DNA of 64,000 nucleotides from Selaginella moellendorffii (Eukaryota; Plantae; Lycopodiophyta): NCBI RefSeq assembly GCF_000143415.4, contig NW_003314272.1, positions 1,026,184 to 1,090,183 of the forward strand, read 5' to 3'. Shown piece by piece: positions 62,759 to 64,000 of this stretch (position 1 is its first letter; each line of letters starts with the position of its first letter). The notes under the pieces were generated by a model. It saw only the letters and a program-made list of their open reading frames with translations, ran no database searches and was not told where the DNA came from. The position numbers and the translations under genes were made by a program.

Positions 62759-64000
62759 TTCTCATCTCTCAACGCTACTCGTCGCCCAGGTCAATCGCTA
62801 AACTCGCCGTTCCAATCAAAAAGCTTAAATGGTAAGGTATCCTTTTTTGAAATTGCTTAGAGTGATTTCAAAGAGACTTTAAAATTAAACATTAAGAGCT
62901 TAAAGCTCTAAATAATGCAGGATGCAAAAGATTCCGCTCACAATCTCCCCGTCGCAAGAATGAAAAACATGCAAACATTTCAGATTATAGCAGCCAGGGC
63001 TACTCAAGAAGCCCTATAGAATTTTTTTGTTTTTCTTAGCATGATTTAGTATTTGGAAGTGATGACTATATTGGATGGTCCTAATGATGGAAGTGGTTGT
63101 AATTCTTAGGATACTACTCTATCCATCACAAATAGCATCAATACAGTAATCACTTCGAAGCTTTTAAAAATAGAATCTACATATTTTGTCTTGGTAATGG
63201 GAGATTTCACTTCCTGAACATAGTCGCTTCTATATATCAGGTGAAGCAAGATCTAACGTCCACATCTTGATTGGTTTCATTTGCTGTTAAATCCATCCAT
63301 TTTTTGAAAAAAAAATCCACAAGTACGAATGGATACTGATGGGAAGATTCTGGGCAAGTATGGCGATCCGGCGCCAGGAATCGCCTAAAATCCATGGTGA
63401 GGCTCTTTGGATATCGAGGTTTCTTCATTGAATCCTTGGAATCTTTCGGTCGTTTCTTACAAGCGCCAAGTCTCTAGGAACCTTACAAAGCTCCGCCAGA
63501 TTTGCGATGCAGTCTGGGAATGTACGCAGCAGGCATGCCATCGCTCGCTGCCAGAGTTTGAAGGCAATCCACCAGCGTGAGGAAAGATAAACCTTGATCT
63601 CGGCCAACTCACTCTATGGCGCCAAAGATATCGGGCCTCCTTGGGTACCAAGCCACGGTGGGGTTGACCTAGCACTACGGGTCAAGCGTCAGCGACCCCA
63701 AGGTTTTCAGCTTACTTGGCACAACGCCCACATTTTCAGGATGACTAGGATGGTTGGTTGTCAATGTGGCCAATTCGAATTACCTCGCGAGACCCTGCCA
63801 GGAACGAGCCCTACCTCTGGCTGTGAAATTGCTATCTCCAGGCTGAGAATCAGTAGGCAGAAGCGATGGCTGGCCAAATTCTGTGGAGGTGGACACACCA
63901 AGATCTTTTCGTCTAGGGAAACTAAGAAAAAATGCCAAAGAGCTCACCAGAACTCCTTAGTGTGTCCATGTAAGTTGCACAGCTTGGAGTTTTCAAGAGG

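Overview
Eukaryotic plant genomic DNA. It is inferred to be a lycophyte such as Selaginella, from ~45-75 nt introns, very compact gene spacing and intronless PLS-class PPR genes. Bases 1-19.3 kb hold three nested Ty3/gypsy retroelements. (i) An old degenerate element is split by (ii) a chromovirus (2910-17830, minus strand, TSD AATAG) whose integrase is interrupted by two short GT-AG introns. Its 3' LTR is split by (iii) a non-coding relative (3291-10635, TSD AAAAC) with an internal inversion and telomeric repeats. Elements (ii) and (iii) share a covarying hairpin array with tRNA T-loop-like hairpins upstream of the PPT. Bases 19.6-63 kb are gene-dense: 3 PPRs, MORC ATPase, DUF630/632, F-box, patellin, a lipoxygenase pseudogene, a metallo-beta-lactamase hydrolase, purple acid phosphatase, ORP4-like OSBP, a divergent ubiquitin E1, LEA_2 and an ABCC transporter. 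Two genes have unusual architectures and are visible only after splicing: a 666-aa Crinkler-type NTPase + PHD finger + restriction-endonuclease-fold + SAP-like protein, and a degenerate UMP/CMP-kinase fold fused to a CaMKII hub domain. All family calls are by motif recognition; no searches were run.
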